DNA of 64,000 nt from Camelus dromedarius (lineage: Eukaryota): NCBI RefSeq assembly GCF_036321535.1, contig NC_087436.1, positions 99,140,001 through 99,204,000 of the forward strand, written 5' to 3'. Within the stretch, counting starts at the first letter, position 1, and each line of letters begins with the position of its first letter. This document shows positions 25,236 to 37,792 of the stretch, one piece after another. The notes beneath the pieces were generated by a model that worked only from the letters and a program-made list of their open reading frames with translations, ran no database searches and was not told the origin of the DNA. A program made the position numbers and the translations under genes.

Positions 25236-27478
25236 GGAACAGTTTACCTGCCCACTATATACCTCCATGACATGTTATGCTGTTGTGGACAATACACAGC
25301 AACTTTCTCAAAGAAGTTGATAGATAAGCATAACTAAATGCTCGTCTACTTAAATCCTCATTCTCCCCAAGAGGTAGACAATATACATATATTATTTTCT
25401 GATATTTTCCTGTTGCTCCAGTTCCAGTACAATACCAGTTCTGTCATCTACATAGAAACAGAGAAGTTATATTTTTCCCTTTAGATAGGAACACTAATTA
25501 TATAATTATGCCTGATAGATTTTCTTACTATGAATTTTATGTTCATCGGAGTCCCAGATTTTTTCTTTTCATTTCATCAAAGTACGAAGCAATTTAATCA
25601 CATGGAAAAATGAGAAACAATACCAGGAAAGGCACATAGTACATCATATCATACAGTGGCTAACTGAGGTTCAAGTTATATAGAGGCTGTATGTTGCTAA
25701 CAAAGGATTTGACTATAAGAAATAACAAGTACTCCAAACTAGTTATTATTATTGACACCTAACATTTACATACTACTTTAAAACTCACACATCAGATTGT
25801 CTTTGTCTCAGAAAACTCAGAAATAGGAGGTAAGGTATCTGAGTTTGGGCCCCAAGGCAGCCTCTGTTGCTTTGAGCCTCAGTGTTCTCAAATAAAAAAT
25901 GAGAGAACAGCTGTAGGATTTTGATGATATTTTCCAGCTACAAAATTGTGTGAATCTAAAACTTTCTATATCTAGATACCCTCTAATGTCTCCAGGGCAT
26001 TTTACATAAAGAGCAAATCCACACTAAATATGTATTTTTTTTTTCTTTCAGCTGCTTTTAGGTCAGTACCTCCCGGTCCCTCATTTTATCAGGTCTCATT
26101 CTTCCTAATTTATCAATCTTGACAACCAAGTCCCTTCTTTAGATGAACTAATCACCCCCATCCCTATGGGGACAACATTGCTTCTGCTAGTAATACAGCT
26201 CCACTCTGGAAAAACCAGTTACACTGTCCTCTCTGAATTCAAGACTTTATCTTCTGAGAGCCAGTCAGGCTAGAGGTGGTTAAACTGTTCAACCTAGACA
26301 GCTGTGGCACTTAATACTCTATTTAATGCCTATTTATATCTTACCAGGTTTATTCTTTTTGTTGTGCATTTTCAAAGTGTAGGCTTCCAAAATTCAAAAT
26401 AGATATATACATAGGCATAGATAAATAACTGTACAGTAACTTGCTTAAAAAAATTTAGAAAATCTGTCCATAGACCATTTCAGTTATTGGAGCCAGTTTT
26501 CAGAAATGAAGAGGTAGATCCTTAATTTGGAGTTGATAATTAAATACTCAGTGAATGCAATTAGCTGGAAGAAGAACTTATTTATAGGAACTTTTTCCTT
26601 TCAAGTTAATAAAATAGTAATTGTTTGTCAATCTACATACTTACAGTAGATAGGTTGTCTAATTTAGTGCTCTGTACACAGCACATGTCTAAATGTTAGA
26701 TAATGATTAATTTTATATCAAAACCACCAGAAAGAGGAACACATTTAGTCATTATAGTATATGGAAGCACTTACAACTGTGTCTGAAAACCTACTGTTTA
26801 AGCAGATGATTGATTTGTGCCTAATTAACAAATTTTGTAAGACCGATTTGTTGCTTTGAGTTGTTAACTTCACTGAGATTTATTTTCATGGGAAAAAGTT
26901 CTTAATAATTGGTCAAAAGTGATTTTGTAAAACAAACCTGCATTTTTTTTTGTGTTAGTTCATATCACATTTATTCTGCTAATCCCACACACGGTATAAT
27001 GAAATCTATTTAACTAGAAAATAGAATAATATAGTGGTCTCCTAGGTCAAGTTTTGAACTTTAATGATAACAAAATTTTGTTTCCATGTCTATTCAGTCC
27101 ATTTACCAATCTTTACATTGGTCCTTTGAAATAGATTAGTGGGATAAAAATGATTTCTATAATTACAGATATTTCCTCCCAAAACCTAAAAATAATAAAT
27201 TTTAGATCTGGAAAGGATTTTAGGAAACCATTAGGAGAATTTTATAATTTTGTGTGCTTTGGTAGACAGTCACTGGTATGATTTAAAGAGTCATCAGGAA
27301 GTTCGTATTAGGAAAAAGAAAACAAACTCTTGGGTCTTTTAGTAGAGTGATTTGGAGCAAAGTGAATAAAAGAAACAATTGGAAATTAGAGAAATAATTA
27401 ATCAATTTATGTAACCCTGATGGGGTCATCTTCTTTACTGATTACAACTGTAGTTGAGGATATAGGTATTTTTCAATG

Positions 27479-27887
27479 TATATTAGTTTGATAAGGCTGC
27501 AATGACAAAATACCACAAAGTGACTTAAACAACAGAAATTGATTTTCTCACAATTCTGGAGGCTGGAAGTCCAAGATCAAGGTGTTGGCAGGGTCAGTTT
27601 GTCCTGAGGACTGTATAGCTTGCAGATGACCCTCTTCTCACTGTATCCTCACTTGGCCCCTCTTAGGTGCACATGTGCTCATCCCTGGTGTCTCTCCCTC
27701 TTCTATAAGGACACCAGACATATTGGATTAAGGCTCCACATCAATTTTTATTTAGCCATTTTAACTTAGTCATTTTAACTTAACCACTTCTTTAAGGACC
27801 TTATCTGTAAATATGATTACAGTCTAAGGTACTGGGGTTTGAGACTTCAAAATATGAATCTGGGGAGGACACAATTCAGCCCATAGC
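27479..27887 (-). mobile_element. MLT1A/B solo LTR with TSD
   Basis: 'ttctggaggctggaagtccaagatcaaggtg...ggacacaattcagcccata'. Flanking caatg repeat at 27474-27478 and 27888-27892. Confidence 0.9.
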
Positions 27888-28648
27888 CAATGTATACTTA
27901 AGCTTTATGAAATATGTTAGATTAACATGCTAAATTTTGCTATCTTCTATAAACTGTAGCTAAATTGGAAGAGATCCAGACCTAGGTAAAAGAAGGGAAC
28001 TTCAAAGCCTTACTAGTTTTGAGACTACAGTATTTAATATCTTTGACCATTGATTTTATCATAGATAAAGTAAACATACCACCTTTAAATATTGTACAAG
28101 ATAACTAAGATCAAATAAGATCCTTTGTCTAAAATTCTACTGATGATTAAAAGCTATATACAAATAGTCATTATTTTGTCAACTACTCCTCTTCTGATTG
28201 TCCCCTTTCTAAACTTCTCTTGGTTAAAAAAAAAATTGTATCTTGGTTCTGAACTTTTTCTCTTAATGAGCATTTTGGTTAAAAGTCACCTTCATGTTCA
28301 GCCTTTCTTAATCACCAGGTTAATATATAATTGATACACATATAATAAATGATAATCATCAGGTTAATGATACTGAGTTTCTTTGCTTAAGGTGCTCATT
28401 TGCATATTTTATCTACAGTTACACTAATTTAACCTCAATAGATACTCATAGCTCTTAATTTTTCTTAGTTAAAACAGATCTGAATCCAATTCTGTTGGAA
28501 TTAGCCCCTTCATGATGAGTTTACCCATGAATTATCCTATAAGAAATTTAATACAAATTTTGAAACTGTTTTTTTCCCCAAGCCATATCAATTTATTAGC
28601 AGTTCTTTTGTCAGACTATTAACCACTAAAGCATCAAATCATATGTCA

Positions 28649-28912
28649 TTTTTTAATAGGCTTTATTTTTTAGAATAGTTTTAGATTCACAGCAGAATGG
28701 AATGGAAAGTACAAAGAGCTCCCATATGCCCTTTGCCTTCACACATACAGCCTCCCTATCAACATTCTACACCAGAGTGGTCCATTTGTTACAACTGATG
28801 AACCTACATTGTCACATCATTATCACCCAAAGTCCATAGTACACATTAGGGTTCATTCTTAGCGGTGTACATTTTATGAGTTTAGACAAATATATAATGG
28901 TATATCCTCCAT
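28649..28912 (-). mobile_element. L1MC-type 3' end
   Basis: 'ttttagattcacagcag...gatgaacctacatt...catcattatcacccaaagtccatagt'. Confidence 0.8.
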
Positions 28913-29009
28913 GTCTTTTCATGACTTAGTTATGTCCCTGTTTTTACATTAAAAAGTATGATCAGTGTATTTGAGAACTTATGAGACATATTTTTATGTT
29001 TTTTTTCCT

Positions 29010-29165
29010 AGAACGTGGGGTTCAGATGACTTTCGGAACCCACTGAAATTGTATCCGACAGTCTATGGGATTATTTTGATGCATTTTTTGTGTGTGTGAT
29101 AATGACCTAAAGGTTTAACCAAGAGGATCCCATTCACCAAACTAAACTAAGAACCAATAGCTTAG
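29010..29165. mobile_element. hAT-Charlie MITE remnant
   Basis: 'gaacccactgaaattgtat...taagaaccaatag' resembles old Charlie-derived MITEs. Confidence 0.4.
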
Positions 29166-30149
29166 AGAATAAATGATCACAATGTTTTAGTTTTTTTCTT
29201 GCAGGAAGTAACATAAAGAAAAGGGTAGAGATTTCAGGAAAATTTTGTTTTATATTTTGGCTCCTTTTTCTTAAAAAAAGTGACTCTGACACTGAAAAAT
29301 TATATGACCCCAGCCAGCCTCCTCACCTATGAAACTGAGGTAACAATCTTAAGTCACAAGTGTTTTCTAAAAAACCTGACGTGTTCTTGGCATTCACTCA
29401 AATTTAGTCACATTACTTCTTATATAAGTATGCACTTAGTTGAATTATACTAAATTGTTCTTCAAATATGGACTTACTGGTTAATTTGTGTCCTCATACA
29501 GAATCTTTGACCTTCAGTTTCTCTGAGTTCACATTTTGACTTTGGGGTGGTGAATGATATTTGGGAGGTTCTAGTAACCATCTTAAATCATAAAGATAGG
29601 AAATATGAGAATTGAAAAGGTTAGGCATTTTTAAGTTTTTATTTAGAATATTGTACTCAATAATACTTGTCTAATTAGAAAAACTATGTTTCCTATTTCT
29701 TTCATATTCCACTTTACTATTTAATAGTTTGATTTCATAGTCCCATTTCTATTGTTTTAAGGTAATTTTACCTGAGGCATTTGCCCATTACTCTGAATAA
29801 TAAAGACTTGGTGAAAGATCAAAATGTGTTTCTAGAAAATAAATACATATTAAAATATATTCTTTTTCTCAAATAAAAGTAAACTTCTTAAAGGAGCTAC
29901 TGAACTGAAGTACCTGGGAACATCTGGGAAATACTCTAGTGAGGAAGGAATAATCCTTCGAGTTGATAATGAAATACACAAACATTAGAAATAAAGAAAA
30001 GAAACTTCTCATATTGGCACCTGATACTGTAACTTTAGCTCAACATATTCCTTGTTCTCTCTTTTCTCAAAGACAAAATGAAATATGAGAGAGAGAAAAT
30101 GGCAATGCAATAGACCAAAGAGTGACCCTTATCTGCTTTTCAAGAAACA

Positions 30150-30340
30150 AAGTTCACATTACAGTTTACTCTTGGTGTTGCTCATTCTGTGGGTTTGAAC
30201 AAATGTGTAATGTCATGTATCCCTCATTATAGTATTATATAGAATAGTTCTACTCCTCTAAAGATCCTCTGTGCTTTGCCTATTCAGCCCCTCCCCCCAA
30301 ATCATGACAACCACTGATCTTTTTATGCTCTCTGTAGTTT
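30150..30340 (-). mobile_element. L1MC 3' fragment
   Basis: 'ctcttggtgttg...ctgtgggtttgaacaaatgtgtaatg...caaccactgatcttttt'. Confidence 0.7.
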
Positions 30341-30399
30341 GGTTTTGTGTGTGTTATTTTAAGTGTTGTTAAATTTTCAATAATTTGTTATACCATAAT

Positions 30400-31325
30400 A
30401 GAAAATTAATAATACATATTTACATAAAAAGGTTGACATAATGAGTAAATATTTGAAGAATCTTGGGAAAAAAACATTGCAACCATAACAATGTGTATTC
30501 TAGAAATAAAGACATGATATCTGAAGTTTAAAAATTTACTGGATGGCTGTACTAGCATAAAATGATAGTATATTTGAAAATAGAAAAATAGACCCTTTAA
30601 AATGTAGCATATAAAGAAGCAAAAGACAAAAAAATTTAAAAAGAATCACTATTGTAGTGGAATATCAATCAATCTAATTGTAGAGGTAATTGGACTCAGA
30701 ATAATTTAAGAGACTAGAGCAGAAAAAAATTGACTATGCAATGGCCAAAAATTTATCATAAGTGTTTACAATGAAAACTTTTCAATAATTGTTCTCAGAA
30801 ACTCAAAAAACTCCAAGTGGGACACACACACACACACACCCACCCACCCACCCACACACACACAAATCATAGTTCTGCGTATCTTAGTTGCATTGTTGAA
30901 AACTAACTAAATACAAACTAATTAATAAAAACTAATGTGGGAAACCAGCCATTACAAAGGTGAGGGGGTAAGGGAGAGGAAGGGATGAATAGGGGAAGCA
31001 TAGAGGATATTTAAAGAAAATGCTCTGTATGACACTATAATAGTAGATACATGTCATCATATATTTGCCCAAACTTATAGAATGTACAACACCAAAAATG
31101 AACTGTAATGTAAACTATGGATTTTGGGTGATAACGGTGTGTCAGTGTATGTGTACAATATTCATCAACTGTAACAATTATAGAAAGACACTTTGGTAGG
31201 GGATAATGGTCATGAGAGAGGTTATGCGTGTGTAGGGCAGAGAGTATATGGGAAATCTCTATACCTTCCTTCCAATTTTGCTGTGAATTTAAAACTGCTC
31301 TAAAAAACCAAAAATCTATTAAAAT
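30400..31325 (+). mobile_element. Old L1M ORF1 remnant, (CA)n repeat at 30822-30864, and L1MC 3' end (about 30950-31325)
   Basis: A-rich ORF1-like sequence, then 'atgtcatcatatatttgcccaaac...gtaaactatggattttgggtgata...aaaactgctctaaaaa'. Confidence 0.65.
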
Positions 31326-31349
31326 CAACAACAAAGCAACACACACAAA

Positions 31350-31989
31350 ACACAGAGTTCCCATGGATCAGGAGTTTAAGCACTGCTAGCTAGATTCGCT
31401 CTGCTCAGGGTTTCACAAGGCTATAATCAAGGAGTTAGCTAGACTGTATTATTATCCAAAGGCTTGACTAGGGTAAGGCTTGACTGGAGCTTTTCTTTCA
31501 AGCTCATTCAGGTAGTTGGCAAAATTCATTTCCTTGATATTTATTACTGAGATGCCCTGGATTCATTCATACTGGATTTCAACTGGAGGCCACAATCACT
31601 ACTTGAGTTTCATAACACGTATTGTTTCTACAGGCAGTTTGCAGCATAGATGTTTTCTTCCTCAAGCTCAGACGAACGTTCACTCTCTGATCTTATGGAA
31701 GACTTTGGACATCTTTTAAAAGGTTCACCTGATTACATTAGGCCCACACAGCATAATCTTCCTTGTGATTAATTCAAAGTCAAACTGTTTAAGGACCCTA
31801 ATTTTATCTGCAGAATTCCTTCACTCTGCCATACAGCATAACCTAGACATGGGAGTTAATATTCATTATATTCACAGACCTCACCAACTCAAGGGGATAG
31901 GATTATACAGGATAATACACAAGTGGTTAGAAATCTTGGTGGCTATCTGGAAGGCTGGAGGCTATCTGGAGGCTATCTGTACCTACCAT
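31350..31989 (-). mobile_element. MLT1E-like solo LTR
   Basis: 'ctctgctcagggtttcacaaggct...aagctcattcagg...ggcccacacagcataatct...aagtcaaactg...cctaccata'. Confidence 0.75.
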
Positions 31990-31999
31990 AAATTTTTGA

Positions 32000-32880
32000 C
32001 AACATTTAGAATAGCCTTGTGAAAGTCTGGTCTGACATTTCAATCATTTGTGTCAATATTGGGTACATTTCTATTAACTTCATACTTTTAAATTATTAAA
32101 TGTCATGCTTTCCTCCTTTTCATGTCTATTAATTCTGTATTGTGTACTGACAGTTACGCTACATAATTGAGTTTGTGTGTGTGTGTGTGTTTTCCTTGAA
32201 AGACTGTTGGTTTGGTTCTGGCAATAAGTTAATTAGCTGGTTAATCAGCTTCATATTGTCTAGTTTTGTTTTTAGGGTTTTTTTTTTATGGTGAGTTTAG
32301 AGTTACCCTTAATCTAAGGTTAGAGTAGTGTTACTTAGAGATGATGATGTCCCTGGGGTCCTGGCTGATTTTCTGATGAGTTCAGTAAGGTGTCTCCACT
32401 CTGGCTAGTTGGATCTCCAACATTTCTCAGAATTATGCAAAATCATCATGCAGCTCATAGCCCACCAACAGCTGCTCTCTGGTAGGCCTTGCAAAATCTC
32501 ATCCTGTGCATGCACAGAATAGTATTTGCCCAAAGACTCTATGCTGACTTCTGGATATGCTTTTGTGTGTCATTCCTTCTATTTAATATTTTCCTCACAA
32601 ATTCTAGCTGCCCAATCATTCCAGATTTCCAATTTCAGATTCCTCTGCCTAGAAAGTGGGCTGTTCTGTGTTTGGTTTGCCCTTTCCAGGGTCCTGATTT
32701 GGAGAATTTACCAAGTGAATATGGGGCCCATCTTCTGTTTGTCTTTCTATAAGGATCATTAAAAAGAAACATTTTAAAATTTCTATTGTCCAATGGCTGA
32801 AAACAGATATTCTGTACCTTTTGTCCAGTTTTTCAGTTGTTTATCATACAGGTATATTTGATACTTATTCCTCCACAAGC
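32000..32880 (-). mobile_element. Old L1M 5'/ORF1 region fragments
   Basis: T-rich antisense L1M motifs (tctccactctggct; aattctagctgcc; tgtccaatggctgaaaacag; ttttgtccagttttt). Confidence 0.6.
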
Positions 32881-33539
32881 AGAAATTTAAGACATATTTG
32901 TAAAAGACCATACAAATAAGCAGGTAGTAGCCTATTGAAAGTCTTCAGGGAGAGATTAGATCCTTCTTAGTATAAGTGGTTTTAAGGATATAAAAACGAT
33001 TCAATTTTAATAAAGATATGATTCAAGTGTTAAAACTGCAGTACTTACTGATCTGTTGCATGAGAGATTTGTGGAAGAGACTGATGCCATATTATTTCAA
33101 GCTGTCTGAAATTATTAATGAAGTGCTTCTAAATAAAATAGAATGCATTTTAAAAAGAGCTAATATTACATTAAGGTATTTAAAGAAAATCAGAGACAAA
33201 AAGGAGTAGAAAAGAATAAAGATAGATAATCAAAAGTGAAAATTTAGAGAACCTAGGATAAATAACTTGAATCATATTGTGATCAGTTTCTTCATTTAAT
33301 ACATACAGGCAAAAATTGACACTGGTGCCTCATGTCCTGAAAAAGCTCACAGATGCACTCAGTGTTTTCCAGTGCCTCCCTACAATTCTATGTTTATGTT
33401 TTTAAATTTTTAAACATTTTTGTCAAATATATTAGTCTCATAATAACCAGTTCTTTGTAGCTAGAAGTGAAAAATCTCCGCAACACTGCTTTTTAACATT
33501 TATCATTCTATAAATTTGTCAAGCCGAATTAAAAAAAAA

Positions 33540-35620
33540 TCATGCTTGAGAATAATAAAGACATATGATACAAGGACTCAAAAAGATTGAAATAAAGAAA
33601 ACAAATGAAGCATATGAACATTAACAGAAAAGAGTTGGTGTAGCTATACTAATATAAAATAAGAAAATCTTTAATATAATAAATATTACTAAAACATAAA
33701 GGAATATAGGAAAATGGTTAAGCTCTATTCAATATTGTAAAGATAGCATCTTCTATCAACTAGTGTATTTGTAGGTTCAGCATAAATTTGATGAAAGCCA
33801 ACAGTGTGTGTGTGTATAATTTACAAGCGGATTTTAAAATATCAATAACCACAAAGATAATTTTAAATAAGAAAAACAGAGTTGGAGAGCTTACATGACC
33901 ACACTTCAAAAATTATTATAAAGCTATAGTTATTAAATGAGAATGGAACTGATACAAAGTTAGACATATATGAATAAAAGAGATTAGATATTCAAGAAAA
34001 CTCACTTAGAAAAGCCAGAAAGAGAAAGAAAAATACTATATGATATCACTTATATGTGGAATCTAGAAAAAAAAAAAAGACAAATGAACTAATTTACAAA
34101 ACAGAAACAGACTCACACAGGAAACAAACCTATGGTTTCCAGAGGGGAAGGGGTGGGAAGGAATAAGTTGGGAGTTCGAGATTTGAAGATACTATCCAAT
34201 ATATAAAAATAGATAAATAACAAGTTTATACTGTATAGCACAGGGAACTACATTCAATATCTTGTAGTAAGTTACAGTGAAAGAGAATATGAAAATGAAT
34301 ATATGTACGTTCCTTTATGACTGAAGCATTGTGCTGTACACCAGAAATTGACACAACATTGTAAACTAACTATACTTCAATAAAAAAAAAATATATGTAT
34401 ATATTAAGAAAACTCACACATATATGAGGGTCACTTGAATTATAAAAAAGAATCACTGAAATGTTGATATAAATTGTATTCTAATGATTAGTTTTATATT
34501 TATATATTTATATATATTTTTATTTAAATAAGCCTTGAGTCTAATTCATAAAATATATACACAAAATTATATTTCAAATGTATCATAACAATAAAACTTC
34601 CAGAGGATAACACAGGAGAATATCTTCATGACATTGGTTAGACAAAAAGTAATTAAACTTGCTAGACAAACAACTAGTTACAAAAAAAGACCTGCTACCT
34701 TGTACCTTATTAAGAGAATAAAAAAGGCACCATTAAGAGATTAAAAAGTAAGCTATTAATAGTTTCAATACATATAGCCAATAAATGATTCACACACACA
34801 TAATTTTAAAAGGCAATACATGAAATTTGACCGATAAATAGAATAAGCAATAAGTTAAAGAGGACATTTACTTCTTTTGTCACCAGGGGAAAAGAAAACT
34901 AAAACATCAGGGAGTTCCAAGATGATTCAGTGAACACACCTGATGACAAAAATGAAGAAGACTGACAATCACAGGCAAGAGGGTCTAGTGGCTAGAACTC
35001 TCATACACTGCATGTGGGAAAGTCACTTTGGTGTCCTCTTGACATAATTTACTGAAGTTAAACCTAAGAAACCTATGACTCCTAAAGCTATAACCCCAGA
35101 AACGTACACATATGTTCACCAAAAGACCCTTAGGTGCCTGTGCAGTGAAAATTGGTATATATATTCACCACATAGACAAGAAGCTGATAGAAATCACATA
35201 ACAATAGTAACAAATTGGAAACAACTCAAGTGTATGCCCATAAAAAATAGAAGAAATAAATGTATTGTATGTGAAATAGTAACACAATGGAATAATATCA
35301 GAAAAAAAAAAAACTACTGGTATACAAAATAGCATGATACATTTTATAGATAAATTGCTGAGCAAAAGAAACCAGACATAAAAATTATATACTCTCTGGT
35401 TCTATTTTAATCACATTCAAAAAATGCAAAGTTAAGTTATGGAGATAGAAATCAAAATAATGTTTATTCTTGGGCTTCATAATTGGAATGGAGCTCAAGA
35501 GATTTCTGGATGTTAATAATACATTATATCTTGATCTGAGGGGTAATTAAAATTATATGCTTACTTTTAAAATATTCTTCCTTAAAATAGGAACATTTTA
35601 GTTTATATATTTATAAAAAT
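33540..35620 (+). mobile_element. Old, fragmented L1ME/MC element (ORF2 through 3' UTR)
   Basis: Colinear L1 motifs: gttggagagcttaca, tataaagctatagt, cacaggagaatatcttcatgac, gaactctcatacactgc, acatatgttcaccaaaagac, tatcttgatctgaggg. Confidence 0.75.
34006..34405 (+). mobile_element. Young 5'-truncated L1 nested in the old L1, 12-bp TSD
   Basis: L1 ORF2 end (atcacttatatgtggaatcta), 3' UTR and A tail. TSD aagaaaactcac at 33994-34005 and 34406-34417. Confidence 0.9.
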
Positions 35621-36834
35621 ACTTTTTATAATTTAAAATATATAGTTATACTTATCCCACCACATTTATATTTTAAACAATGTGTAGTATGTGGAACAAC
35701 ATAATTCCTTAAATCATTGTGTAGTATATGGAACCAAAAGGAGCTTATATTTATAAGAATGAATATTATATGGCTTCCTTCCAAAAATAATAATGATACA
35801 TGCCACACACACAAAACCCCACTAATATACACATACATTTGAATATCAGTCTTCCAAATCTTGAAGACAATATTAATCAAGGTGATGGGGAGCTCCAAAA
35901 TTTATGATCAGATATGAAGAGCTCTTTTTCTCTAGATCACTGGTTTAAATGTTCCTGATACACCAATAAAGAAAGTTCATTAACTTCCAATGGCTGTTTG
36001 GTGTTTTATGTAAAATGAGATGATGGCCTCAGCTGACACTATAAAAAGTCATGTCGATAATTTAAATTACAAGAATAACTTTCCAGCCTCTCTTCTCAAG
36101 AGGCCAAAGATGAAAAGGGCATTGAGGTAACTGAACTCCCTTGTCCTTAAATTTGGCCCGTCTATATCTACTGTATAAAATAATGCAGCATATGGTGCTA
36201 GAAACCCAATGACAATTTAAATAACTGTTTACCTTATATCTATCCTACCATTTTTATTTCAAGCAAAAGTAATCTTTTCTTTCTCTCAGGCTCATTTTAT
36301 TAATATAAAACATTGAGAGGCTTTAAAAAAAAAGATTCCATATGCCATTGTATACCAAATCCTCAGCAGTTATCATTGTACTGTTATCCCTCCTGTTTAT
36401 GTCTCCGTGCGGAAAAACTTCCATTAGAGTAACAATCCAGGCCTTTATCACCATAGCATTCCTCCCCAAGGAGGGGAGGAATTGGTGGTTGTGGCCCAGC
36501 AACCTCTGTGCCCACACTTTATGACCTAGCAGCCAGCAGAGAAGATACAATTTGGTCCTATCTCTTCAAATTGGTAAGTTTGGAATGACAGGCTCTGCCT
36601 TTGTGGGGAGGGTTTGGGAGAAAAGTTCAATTAGAGGCAAATAAATAAGCCCATTTGGCTAACCCAGGCCATAATGTACATATAGCTTTATCAAGATTAG
36701 AGGAGATATTTTGATCCCATCTGCCTTACTACTGTATGTAATTGTCAAATGTTTCTATTTTGGGAGTTAACTGTTCTTCTGGAACCTCAAAATGCAAAAT
36801 ATCATGGAATATTCTAATTCGAGAACCTTTTTTA

Positions 36835-36995
36835 TGATATTTAAATTTGTTTTCTAATTTTACAAGTAGTATACATTCATTACAGACAACTAGAAATACA
36901 TAAAAACATAAAGTAAAAAAAATCAAACATTGATAATCCCCACACCCCAGACATAACCACCATTAGCATTTTCATATTTCCTCCCAGTGTTTATA
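36835..36995 (-). mobile_element. L1ME 3' end fragment (host of the inverted L1)
   Basis: 'aagtagtatacattcatt...ataatccccacaccccagacataaccaccattagcatttt'. Confidence 0.6.
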
Positions 36996-36997
36996 TA

Positions 36998-37792
36998 TTA
37001 TTTTAGCTAAAGTATAATTGACTCAAAACACAATGTTAGTTTCAAGTGCACAAGACAGTGATTCAATATTTCTATATACTACAAAATGATCACTATAAGG
37101 TTAGTTATGATCTGTCACCATACAAAGATACTACAATATAATTGACTATATATTCTGTACATTTTGTGCCATGACATACTTATTTTGTAATTGGAAATCT
37201 GTACCTCTGAATCTCCCTCAACTATTTCACTTACCTCCTTCACCTCCATTTGCTCTGGCAACCACCTGTTTGTTCTCAGTATCTATGAGTTTGTTCGGCT
37301 TCACTCTGTTTGTTCACCTGTTTTGTTTTTTAGAGTCCACATATAAGTGAGATTGTATGGTATTTGTCTTTCTTTGTCTGGCTTTCTGGCTTATTTCACC
37401 TAGCTTAATACCCTCTAGGTCCATCCATGTTGTCACAAACATCAAGATTTCTTTTTTCTTTTTTTTTTAATAGCTGAGTGATACCTATCAGAATGGCTAC
37501 AATAAAAAAGACAACAAATAAGTATTGGTGAGGATGTGCAGAAAAGGGAACCCCCATGCACTGTTGGTGAGATTGTATAATGAAGCAGCCACTACAGAAA
37601 ATAGAACAGAAGTTCCTCAAAAAATTAAAAATAGAACTATCATATGACCCAGCAATTTCAGAAAAGAAAAACACTAATCTGAAAATATATATATATATAC
37701 CCCTATGTTCATTGCATCATTATTTACATTAGCCAGGATATGTAAACAACCAGAGTGTCCACTGATGAATGGATAAAGAAGATGTGGTATGT
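36998..37792 (-). mobile_element. L1 with 5' inversion (3' part on the minus strand at 36998-37479; upstream part inverted on the plus strand at 37481-37792)
   Basis: The antisense 3' UTR/ORF2 end stops at 'tagctgagt'. Sense ORF2 then runs from 'acctatcagaatggct' to 'gaagatgtggtat', which in L1 lies just 5' of 'actcagc'. Confidence 0.85.
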
